A stretch of DNA of 63,281 nucleotides, the filler included, from Octopus bimaculoides (lineage: Eukaryota), in assembly GCF_001194135.2 (NCBI RefSeq). It is 6 parts of 5 records of this genome, joined end to end, with 100 filler letters (N's around TTAATTAATTAA, not from the genome) between each part and the next. Parts side by side here need not be neighbours in the genome. Positions count along the whole stretch, not along the records: positions 25,038 to 52,528 come from NC_068981.1; positions 52,629 to 58,803 come from NC_068998.1; positions 58,904 to 63,281 come from NC_068981.1; 3 more parts are not named here. One strand, 5' to 3'. Both the position numbers and the translations under genes were made by a program. The notes below the pieces were generated by a model. It did not search any database and was not told where the DNA came from. It worked only from the letters and a program-made list of their open reading frames with translations. Each line of letters begins with the position of its first letter. Position 1 is the first letter of the stretch. Shown here piece by piece: positions 52,506-63,281 of the stretch.

Positions 52506-52842
52506 ATTATACCTAAGGCACCTACTATNNNNNNNNNNNNNNNNNNNNNNNNNNNNNNNNNNNNNNNNNNNNTTAATTAATTAANNNNNNNNNNNNNNNN
52601 NNNNNNNNNNNNNNNNNNNNNNNNNNNNAAAGCACAATAAATAAGTATAATATAAAGTAAAGTAAATATCATAAGATAAATATAATATAATATAATATAA
52701 TATAATATAATATTTATCTTATGATATTTACTTTACTTTATATTATACTCATTTATTGTGCTTTTAATTATTAATTTTTCTATATGTGATAGTGGATTTT
52801 CATCGATGAGTTCTTGAAAATTGGTTATTTTCCCTAAAACTA

Positions 52843-52881
<39 letters not shown>

Positions 52882-53039
52882 CATATATATATGTATGTGT
52901 ATATATCTATGGATTTTTCATTGTTTTTAATGTTAAATAACGAGCGCAATACACATGAAATGATCATTATGAAGTACATTATTATTATTTGAAAGTAAAT
53001 TTACTATTTATTACTCATAAAGAAAAAGACAGAAATTAT

Positions 53040-53080
<41 letters not shown>

Positions 53081-53431
53081 TCACAATATGTATTTCAGTG
53101 TAAAAGTGTGCATTACATTTTAACTACATACATATTACTAGTCTATGATCCATTACTTTCACATTTTTACATAAAGAAAAATGTGATTTTGATTTTCGAA
53201 AATCCAAAATTTACCTGGTTCGGGAAGATCAATCAAAATTTTCTAATATCCGATCTTGTTTCTCTTTTTTTATCTATTCCTGAAAAATTTATAAATTTTA
53301 CATTTCAAAATGTAATGGTAAAATGCATTAATGATCTACATATCTGAAGTGTAATTGCCAGGCAAGTAGCGATTTGGTTTGAGACTGCGTGTTGAAACTA
53401 AACCGATTAGAGTGTAGAAGATTCGGACTGC

Positions 53432-53644
53432 TTTCAAATTTTGACTCCAAGCCAGCAATGTTGAAGGAGGGGGTATGTCGATTACATCAACCCCATTACT
53501 CTCTTGGTACTTATTTTACTAACCCCTAAGGGATGAATGGTAAAGTCGACTTGGGCGGAATTTGATCCCTGAATGTAAAGACGGACGAAATGCCACTAAG
53601 CATTTTGCCTGGCGTGCCAATGATTCTGCCAGCTCACCACCTTA
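53432..53644 (-). mobile_element. SINE family B (left member of second head-to-head pair)
   Basis: Ends GATTCTGCCAGCTCACCACCTTA. Confidence 0.85.
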
Positions 53645-53702
53645 TATAGAAGGCACATATTAGTCATTAAAAAACACATAAAGATTATTAACTGTATTTT
53701 AA

Positions 53703-53900
53703 TAAGGCGGAGAGCTGGCAAAATTATTAGAAGTTTGGAGAAGTTGTCTAAGTTGTATTTCTTCCGGTGCAAATTCCCCCAAAGTCGATTTTGCCTTTCA
53801 TCATTCAGGGATCAGTATAACAAGTACCAATCAAGTACTGGTACTGGGTCCAATGTAATCGACTAGCTCCTACCTTACTGCTGGCTTGCACTTAAACAAG
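53703..53900 (+). mobile_element. SINE family B (right member of second head-to-head pair)
   Basis: Starts TAAGGCGGAGAGCTGGCAAAATT; more diverged copy. Confidence 0.75.
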
Positions 53901-54371
53901 AAAAAATCATTTGATAATAGGGTTTTTTTTTGTCATTCGTCACAAGATCACAGGTGGTGCGACGAAAATGTTCACACCAATAAATAAATATTTAAGTGAA
54001 ATTAACTGTCTTTGAATTTTGTTAATATGTGTCTTCTACGCAGTAATTATTTATCTACACACTTTCTATAACAAATATCTAGAGGCACTATTGGAAGATT
54101 TAGTCTTTCCAGGAACGACTTAGCTGTCTCTATTCCCTACTTGCCTACAACTGTATAACTGCGCTCAAATCATGTGAATTTGTGCTTATCATACTTTTTC
54201 CTGTATATTCTCTAAATACCTTAACCAGTAAAATAGTAAACATCCCCACTCAACTGAAAGTAGACTAGATGATGATACTCTACACAGAGCTCTAATCTCA
54301 TCAGCAACATTCGTACATCTAACTCTACACAAAAGATATATTATATGTGTCTGTACAAGTTCGTATATAAA

Positions 54372-54790
54372 TATTGGGTCATCCCATAAATAATGCGATT
54401 TTTTATATTTCTTTTATTTTTCAAAGTTGATAAATTTCTTATTTAATCTAAAATAAACTTTCCTTCATTTTCTACAATACTATTCCATCTATCTAGTAGA
54501 CTTGCAAGGCCCCTCTTCCAAAATTCACTTGCCCGTGACGAAAAATATTCCTCTATTACTATTCTGACTTCGTCTACAGAATTCATATTTTTTCCGTCCA
54601 AATGATTTTGAAGACTTCGGAATAAATGATAATCAGATGGGGCAATGTCCGGAGATGGCCTTCCGTTTACAACCAGACATCGAGCCATTCTCTGCCAAGC
54701 TATCATAAGCAATAATCTTCCCGACTCGTTCATAGACGTCATACTAGAAGTATACTGCGTCATACTAGAAGTCAAGTTTTAAAATTTTCC
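54372..54790 (-). mobile_element. mariner transposon 3' remnant with one TIR
   Basis: SPDIAPSDYHLFRSLQNHLDGK...FWKRGL.SL.DRW..IVENEG (third catalytic D motif of mariner); TA|TTGGGTCATCCCATAAATAATGCGATTTTT TIR-like end. Confidence 0.9.
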
Positions 54791-55361
54791 AGCATTTCTT
54801 TGAGTAAAAGGAATATTTATTTATTACGTAGGTTTGTGGGTGTGAGTGGGCGAAGTATGTGTGTCGTTGTTAAAACCTCATATTTTTTTCATTAATTTAT
54901 TAATTACAATCATTATAATTGGGTCAATGCTTTGGGTATAACAAATGTCAGTGGCCTGGAAAAGAGATTTGCGATGTGGAGTGCATAGAACAAAAGATAA
55001 TTTCGATTTGAGGTTGTAACCAGTTCCATTGTCTGAAACTCTATAAAGTCGCTGAGAAATAAATGATCGATCATCAATTAACACATTTCTTATTCTGTAT
55101 TTTGTATCTTTTTCTTTCATTGTAAATTTCTCGTTTTCCATTAAAATAAATCTATCACATGTGTTTAGAGCCGTGAGATAATTTCTTTCATGCGTTGTTT
55201 TCATTGTCAATATCTCCTGAGACTTTTTTCCATTCTTTATATTAATATTTGGTGGCGGGTTTGTACTTTCAGGCCTATATTCCGTACTCTATAAAAATCC
55301 TCACTGTTTTCTAATGAATATTTCTAATGTCCCTAAACCATCACATTTGTGTGAATATGAG

Positions 55362-55451
<90 letters not shown>

Positions 55452-55453
<2 letters not shown>

Positions 55454-55589
55454 GGCGGCCAGCTGGAAGAATCGTTATCACACCGAGTGAAATGCTTAGC
55501 GGTAGCTCGTCTGTGGTTACGTTCTGAGTTCAAATTCCGCCGAGGCCAACTTTGCCTTTAATCCTTTCGGAGTCGATAAATTAAGTACC
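55452..55589 (+). mobile_element. SINE family B following (TTA)n
   Basis: AAGGCGGCCAGCTGG...GAGTTCAAATTCCGCCGAGG...CCTTTCGGAGTCGATAAATTAAGTACC, cut by a gap. Confidence 0.85.
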
Positions 55590-55959
55590 NNNNNNNNNNT
55601 AAACAGACAAGACGAAGAGCGCGATGCGATTGCAATAGATATCTTATTTGTTGAACGATATTTCGACAGCAAGCCTGTCATTGTCGAGTTCAAAGTAAAA
55701 AAAAAATCAAAATTATACAAATTCAAATGTAAAATATGAACGAGAACAACTAGCGTCCGCACATTGATGGTATGAAATCATCGGTTTTTAAGTCTCAATT
55801 TTATAAAAGGCGAAAAGAAAGACAGAAAAAAAAAAGAACAGAAAAAACCGAGAACGAAAAAATAAAGAAAAACGGAAAGGAAAAAGAATATTCAATCAAA
55901 CAGTTTTGTGTAAATTTGATGATATTCTCCTGTCATTTTATTCATTCCTCCGGGGCGTG

Positions 55960-56720
55960 ACGTTAATAACCCGCAAACATTTCTCTTCATGCATTTTGAG
56001 TACTGAAAGGGGAGCAGATTCAGAATATTTTCTGAGAATATGCACTTTCAAGTTTTTTTACAAAATTGCAGCTGTTTGAAGCAAAATATTCAGCAAGTTC
56101 TGTCGAACAACTGTTATTGGGTCTGACGTCAATTCTGTGTCCATTAAATGTTCTGTTTAATTGTTTTGTTGCACAACCAACATAAATCAAGTTGTGTTTC
56201 GTGCTTGCTGCTGCGTACACCAAATGGAAAACTTTACATATCCCACCGTCTGTATAAATCATAACATTTCTGTTATGATTCCTGATGGAATTCACTTGAC
56301 TTATGTTGTTGCACAATGAACAAGGCTTACCTCTCTTGCGGCTGTTTTTCAAGGTACAGCGTTCAGATACTCCAATGTTAGCTTTCTTGGGGTTCAATAG
56401 AACTCTTATATTTTTATTCCGTTTAAAGGCTACAATAGGAGGCTGAGGAAATATCTGTTTGAAGCGAAGATATTTTCCTGCAACATGCAAGTAACTTTCA
56501 TGAAACACTTTTGAAATACCAGCGAAATTTCGGTGCCAGTTAATCAATAAAGGAATTCTGCCACATTTTGCATTGTGTTTGATAAAATTATGCATGATTT
56601 GACTTTGTCATTTGCTATTTCCTTTAATCATGATCCACTGCAGCTGCGTTTGACATAATGGTGCACAAAACCATTTCCACGTTTCCAGTAATCCCTATAT
56701 CAGTACAAATCCGTTTTATC
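55960..56720 (-). pseudogene. Penelope-like element thumb/linker + GIY-YIG remnant
   Basis: ORF 56020-56595: PPIVAFKRNKNIRVLL, KPCSLC, LVYAA...NLIYVG...LNRTFNGHR; PLE linker and endonuclease motifs. Confidence 0.8.
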
Positions 56721-56744
56721 CTAAAAAATTGAAATTTCGGATTT

Positions 56745-56845
56745 GACCTCTTATTTTTCGAGAACCATCCGGAGTATTCGAGTAGTTTCAAGCAGTGCTG
56801 TTTTCTGCAAGTACTCCACCTTTATTACAGCCCCTATTTGTTCCT
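56745..56845 (-). mobile_element. 3' coding end of another R4/Dong-like family
   Basis: GAVIKVEYLQKTALLETTRILRMVLEK*; the 5' side abuts an ATT-rich repeat. Confidence 0.65.
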
Positions 56846-57403
56846 ATTATTATTATCATTATTATCATTATTATTGTTCTTGTTGTTCTTCATCTTCTCC
56901 TTCATCTTCTTCAACCCCTTCTTCTTCTTGCTGTTGTTGTTGAAGGCGTTATGGATACCAGTCAACCTTCCCATAAGACCTAAGATTCGAGACAGTAATG
57001 TTCAGGGATAGATATTTACATTTAGATTTCATACTTTAATTTGTTAGTATTCACTTGACTATTTCATTTTCATACAGAAAGCATCTCATGGTATTTTACA
57101 ACAGTGATTCTTCAAAGTTTGAACTATTTGGAACAGTGAATAAATGATATACAGTGAGAGACTAATATGATTTTACCGTTTCGAAACTTTGTTAGCTGCG
57201 AGACGCCAATTTATCAATTTACACTGCGCATGTTTTTCCTACAGGATTTAATAAACAGTGCGCGTGCACCCCACTCTCCAAAAGTATATATATATATGTC
57301 TGTGTGTATTATATACAGCAAGAGAGATAAATGGATGGACCGACAGATCGCTTTCTCTCTCACTCCTTTCTCTCTCACTCTCTCTCAATCCCTCGCTCAC
57401 TCA

Positions 57404-57483
<80 letters not shown>

Positions 57484-57827
57484 GTTTTTTCACTCATAAT
57501 ATACATGAACACGTATGCTTGCATATATGTATAGATGTACATATAAATANNNNNNNNNNNNNNNNNNNNNNNNNNNNNNNNNNNNNNNNNNNNNNNNNNN
57601 NNNNNNNNNNNNNNNNNNNNNNNNNNNNNNNNNNNNNNNNNNNNNNNNNNNNNNNNNNNNNNNNNNNNNNNNNNNNNNNNNNNNNNNNNNNNNNNNNNNN
57701 NNNNNNNNNNNNNNNNNNNNNNNNNNNNNNNNNNNNNNNNNNNNNNNNNNNNNNNNNNNNNNNNNNNNNNNNNNNNNNNNNNNNNNNNNNNNNNNNNNNN
57801 NNNNNNNNNNNNNNNNNNNNNNNNNNN

Positions 57828-57863
<36 letters not shown>

Positions 57864-58209
57864 GCATGTATATATATGTGCATATATAGACGTATATATC
57901 TATGCATGTGTTTATGCGTATGTGTGCGTATTTACTCGAAGCAACATAAATACTCAGTGATTTAGTAAAATAAATAAATAATCAAATAGATAAATAAATA
58001 CAGTATTTCGTATAGCAGCACTGAATATTAATCGTTTTTTAGACATGGAGAAATTTATAGTCATTTTTATACATTTACTCTCCGTTTCGCCTTCTTATAT
58101 AATAACGATGTTGATACTTTCCTAAATGCAAATGATATACTGTCAACACAATGCTCTCTGTCTCTCTCAATCTTCTCTCTCTCTTTCTTTCTTTCTTTCT
58201 ATCTATCTT

Positions 58210-58296
<87 letters not shown>

Positions 58297-58902
58297 AGGT
58301 ATATATGCAACCGTGAATGTGTGTGCATATACACGCTTATACTCCACTGTCCCTGTGCACATTTGTTGTCAGTATGAGTCTACGAGTAATTACTGTTTCG
58401 GTATGCATCTATGTACTGATATTGATAAATAATTTTCTCCAGATTCTTCTCAAATATAACATATGACATGGTTGTATAAACTTTCTTTGGAGATAGTTCG
58501 TCACCGACAACATATCGGTCGAATATATTTACTTTGGTTTTACTTTTTTGCCTCACAAAAACCGTTTCAACAACTTTTACTCCGTATAGCATTTATTCAC
58601 TGTATAGAAAGTTTGCTTGCTACAGTTTAATTCGACGTTTCGGTCAAGCATTACTCATCTTTATGATTTGACGTCGTTTCAAGTTTCGTCTTACCGATAT
58701 GATTAGATTCGTATATATTTTATGAAATATTTTGGTTTCTCCCCTGTCACACAATTAACCTTTTCAAACACACGTGCTCATATATATATATATATATATA
58801 TCTNNNNNNNNNNNNNNNNNNNNNNNNNNNNNNNNNNNNNNNNNNNNTTAATTAATTAANNNNNNNNNNNNNNNNNNNNNNNNNNNNNNNNNNNNNNNNN
58901 NN

Positions 58903-59645
58903 NGTCGAATTTAACTAGATTTCGATTTCACTTGTCTCAACAGGTCTTCGCAAGTGGAGTTTAGTGTCCAATTTAACTCGATTTCGATTTCACTTGCCTC
59001 AACAGGTCTTCGCAAATGGAGTTTAGTGGCTTGCCGGGTCTTCTCACGCACAGCATATTTCCAATTGGCAGAGTTTCTACAGCTGGATGCCCTTCCTAAC
59101 GCCAACCACTCAGAGAGTGTAGTGGGTGCTTTTACGTGCCAATGGCACGAACGCCAGTCAGGTGGTACTGGCAACGGCCAGGCTCAAAATGGTGTATTTT
59201 ATGTGCCACCCGCACAAGAACCAGTCCAGGGGCACTGGCAACGATCTCGTTCGAAAGTCCTTACACATGTCAAGGGCACAAGTGCCAGAAATGCGACGCT
59301 GGGCACAGGTGCCATCACGATTTCGCTTTCGCTTGCCCCAATAAGTCTTCGCAAGCTGAGTTTTGTGTCCAATGAAGGAGACGATGTTGGCATGGGTGCC
59401 AGTCGTCGAATTTAACTCGATTTAGATTTCACTTGCCTCAACAGGTCTTCGCAAGTGGAGTTTAGTGTCCAATTTAACTCGATTTCGATTTCACGTGAGA
59501 CGACGTTGGCATGGGTGCCAGTCATCGAATTTGACTCGATTTCACTTGCCTCAACTGGTTTTCGCAAGTGGAGTTTTGTGTCCAATTTAACTCGATTTTG
59601 ATTTCACTTGCCTCAACAGGTCTTCGCAAGTGGAGTTTAGTGTCT
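58903..59645 (-). mobile_element. Rearranged RTE 3' UTR with ~62-bp unit repeats
   Basis: AATTTAACTCGATTTCGATTTCACTTGCCTCAACAGGTCTTCGCAAGTGGAGTTTAGTGTCC occurs about five times in full plus a partial copy; includes a 40-bp copy of the ORF end (59028-59070). Confidence 0.8.
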
Positions 59646-60520
59646 TTTATGTGTATAACAGGTCGGACACCAGTTTTTTTATGTTGGTTGTTAGTTATCA
59701 CAACAAGTCGTTGAAGTGTGAGATATACTACATCTTTATTTATGTTTTCATTCGTAAGTTATAACGAATATTATTGTTTATTAATTAAAAGCTATAATGA
59801 TAATTTTGTTACTTATAACTTAATTATAAGTATTTATCACCAAGCATAACTCTTAGTTTAGTTTAGGCTGCGTAAATGTTATGATGTATACATGACAAGA
59901 CGCTGAATGAGCGTTTATTACGTGCATGTATGTTNNNNNNNNNNNNNNNNNNNNNNNNNNNNNNNNNNNNNNNNNNNNNNNNNNNNNNNNNNNNNNNNNN
60001 NNNNNNNNNNNNNNNNNNNNNNNNNNNNNNNNNNNNNNNNNNNNNNNNNNNNNNNNNNNNNNNNNNNNNNNNNNNNNNNNNNNNNNNNNNNNNNNNNNNN
60101 NNNNNNNNNNNNNNNNNNNNNNNNNNNNNNNNNNNNNNNNNNNNNNNNNNNNNNNNNNNNNNNNNNNNNNNNNNNNNNNNNNNNNNNNNNNNNNNNNNNN
60201 NNNNNNNNNNNNNNNNNNNNNNNNNNNNNNNNNNNNNNNNNNNNNNNNNNNNNNNNNNNNNNNNNNNNNNNNNNNNNNNNNNNNNNNNNNNNNNNNNNNN
60301 NNNNNNNNNNNNNNNNNNNNNNNNNNNNNNNNNNNNNNNNNNNNNNNNNNNNNNNNNNNNNNNNNNNNNNNNNNNNNNNNNNNNNNNNNNNNNNNNNNNN
60401 NNNNNNNNNNNNNNNNNNNNNNNNNNNNNNNNNNNNNNNNNNNNNNNNNNNNNNNNNNNNNNNNNNNNNNNNNNNNNNNNNNNNNNNNNNNNNNNNNNNN
60501 NNNNNNNNNNNNNNNNNNNN

Positions 60521-63281
60521 NGTACCCATAAGTGGACTGGCTGAGGCCTTAGATTTAGGTTTCACTTGGCTTGCCGGGTCTTCTCACGCACAGCATATTT
60601 CCAAAGGTCTCGGTCAGAAGTCATCGCCTCGGTGAGGCCCAATGTTCGAAGGTCGTGCCTCACCACCTCAGCCCAGGTCTTCCTGGGCCTACCCCTTCCA
60701 CAGGTTCCCTCAACTGCTAGGGTGTGACACTTTTTCACACAGCTATCCTCATCCATTCTTGCTACATGACCATACCAGCGCAATCATCTCTCTTTCACAT
60801 CACAATTGATGCTTCGTAAGTTCAACTTTTCTCTCAAGGTACTAATATTCTGTCTAGTATGCACACTGACATTACACATCCATCGGAGCATACTGGCTTC
60901 ATTCCTTGCGAGCCTACGCATGTCCTCAGCAGTCACAGCCCATGTTTCACTGCCATGAAGCANNNNNNNNNNTGCGAGCCTACGCATGTCCTCAGCAGTC
61001 ACAGCCCATGTTTCACTGCCATGAAGCATGGCTGTTCGTACACATGCGTCATACAGTCTGCTTTTTACTCTGAGTGAGAGGCCCCTTGTTACTAGCAGAG
61101 GTATGAGCTCTCCGAACTTTGCCTAGACTATTCTTATTCTAGCAGCTACACTTTCAGCGCATCCTCCCCAACTACTAACTTGGTCACCTAGATAGCGGAA
61201 GCTATCAACTACGTCTATTTTTTCTCCCTGAAATGTGGCAGAAGTTGTTTTATTCACATTTACAGTGTTTATAGCTCCTGAACATCTGCTACATACAAAA
61301 ACTAACTTCCTAGTTAACCTACAGATCGAGCAGGGTCACCCCCTACCTGAAGGGGTTTGTGTGTTGTCTACCTTCCTACTTATTAGGACTTTGGTTTTAG
61401 CTAAGTTGACTCTAAGGCCCTTCGATTCTAGTCTTTGCTTCCACACCTGAAACTTCTCTAGTTCTGATAGTGACTTAGCAATTAGTGCAAGGTCATCAGC
61501 ATAGAGGAGCTCCCAGGGGCATCCTGTCTTGAATTCCTCTGTTATCGCCTGGAGGACTATGACAAATAGGAGGGGCCTGAGGACAGAACCTTAGTGGACC
61601 TCTCTCTCTACCCGGAATTCTTCACTGTACTCATTGCCAACCCTCACCTTACTGACAGCGTTTCTGTACATGACTCGCACAGCTCTCACTAACCATTCTT
61701 TTATCCCTAGTTCCCTCATTGACCACCAGATAAGGGATCAGGGGATCCTGTCAAAGGCTTTCTCCATGTCAACGAAAGCCAGGTACAGAGGTTTATCTTT
61801 GGCTAGGTATTTCTCCTGCAGCTACCTTACCAGAAATAAAGCATCAGGGGTGCTTCTCCCTGGCACAAAACCAATCTGTGTCTCATCTAGGCTAACTCTC
61901 TCCCTAATTAGTTGGGTTATGACTCTCTCCATAACTTGCATCACCTGATCCAACAATTTGATACCTCTGTAATAATTTCTATCTAAGGCATCACCTTTAC
62001 CTTTGTAACAGTTGACTANNNNNNNNNNNNNNNNNNNNNNNNNNNNNNNNNNNNNNNNNNNNNNNNNNNNNNNNNNNNNNNNNNNNNNNNNNNNNNNNNN
62101 NNNNNNNNNNNNNNNNNNNNNNNNNNNNNNNNNNNNNNNNNNNNNNNNNNNNNNNNNNNNNNNNNNNNNNNNNNNNNNNNNNNNNNNNNNNNNNNNNNNN
62201 NNNNNNNNNNNNNNNNNNNNNNNNNNNNNNNNNNNNNNNNNNNNNNNNNNNNNNNNNNNNNNNNNNNNNNNNNNNNNNNNNNNNNNNNNNNNNNNNNNNN
62301 NNNNNNNNNNNNNNNNNNNNNNNNNNNNNNNNNNNNNNNNNNNNNNNNNNNCTTCATACTCTTAATAGCTTTATCTACCATGGTACTGTCAACTCGAATC
62401 GCTGGTCCCTCTGTTGGATCAACATTCGGCAGACTGTCTTTCTCCCATTCATTCTCTTTATTGAGCAACCTTTCATAGTGGCATCTCCATACCTCTTCCT
62501 TTGCAGCCTCGTTTAGTGCAAGCGTACCATCATCCATGCGAACACATTTCTCTCCGATGACATCACAATTCTCTCTCACACACTGTCTTGCAACACGAAA
62601 TACCTCAAGTCTTTGGTCCTCATGGCGCAGAACATTGGCAATTTTTTTCTTATCTGCTACCCCTCTGGCTAAATAAATCTGTCGCTTAGCTTCCCTTCTG
62701 GCAGTCTGATACAATTCCCTGCTACCACTGTTCTTCCAGACCCTCCAAGTCTGTTTCTTTTGTCTAATAGCCATGTCAACATGCATTCTTCGCCAGGGAA
62801 TGTTTTGGCCTTTGTAAGCAGCCATATTTCCCTTTTTCTGGTGAGGATGTAGTCAATTTGGGTAGAGTGTCAGCCAGAACTGTAGGTGACTAGGTGACCG
62901 GCAGGTTTCCTGAAGTTCGTATTGAAAACCATAAGGTCACTTGCGTCACAGAACTGCAGCAGCCTGGTTCCCTCCTCATTGCAGGAACCCAAACCATAGC
63001 CTCCATGTTCGCCATAGAAGCCCCCTGAATGTTGTCCAACATGACCATTGAAGTCACCAGCCACAAAGAGAAGGTCCCTGTCATATGTCGACGAGGTAAT
63101 CTGCAGGAGGGTGTCATAAAATTGGTCTTTCTGTCCGTCAGGTAGCCTGGGCTGAGGGGCATAGGCCGAGATAATGGTTGCTAACCCATGGTGAAGGACT
63201 AATCTAACCTTAAGTATTCTATGGGATATTCTATCTACCTCGATTACCTTATCTACCCATTTCTCTGTAAGAAGTATATCC
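60521..63281 (-). mobile_element. RTE-clade LINE (APE endonuclease + RT + C-terminus), disrupted, extends past window end
   Basis: AGDFNGHVG...NEEGTRLLQFC (APE), TQIDYILTRK, VDMEKAFD, VH*GSVLRPLLF, LLYADDLAL (61491-61503), LHGSETW, RWYGHVARM...GRGRPRKTW. Confidence 0.95.

Noticed and set aside
52629-52765. Near-perfect AT-rich palindrome around (TATAA)n
   Set aside because: It also begins exactly at a gap edge next to a synthetic spacer; probable assembly artefact.
54878-55210. Minus-strand ORF faintly resembling Penelope RT N-terminal motifs
   Set aside because: Similarity is too weak to call by eye; needs a profile search.
58903-59645. Repeat-spacer-like pattern suggesting a CRISPR array
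   Set aside because: Eukaryotic context, units are directly tandem without unique spacers, derive from the RTE UTR, and there are no cas genes.
60907-61029. Exact ~57-bp direct duplication inside the RTE ORF
   Set aside because: The two copies flank a short N gap; this is an unmerged contig overlap.

Overview
AT-rich, repeat-dominated eukaryotic genomic DNA with many N gaps and synthetic TTAATTAATTAA spacers. The microsatellite load and SINE families look cephalopod-like (Octopus), which is an inference, not a database match. No intact host protein-coding gene can be supported; nearly all long ORFs in the track are microsatellite or gap artefacts. The window is a mosaic of decayed mobile elements: RTE-, CR1/L2-, R4/Dong- and HERO-type non-LTR retrotransposons, Penelope-like (GIY-YIG) remnants, at least four tRNA-derived SINE families, a mariner fragment, and pogo- and hAT-type MITEs. 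The most interesting signals: (1) several minimal hammerhead-ribozyme motifs, one apparently part of a tRNA-headed, Penelope-tailed small element split by a later RTE insertion; (2) restriction-like-endonuclease retrotransposons with two apparent microsatellite targets, (TAA)n and (TACA)n; (3) a ~400-bp imperfect foldback; (4) two head-to-head inverted SINE pairs; (5) weak candidates for a promoter/first exon and an internal exon near 29.5-30.8 kb. All calls were made by eye, and fuzzy element edges are approximate (about 10-30 bp).
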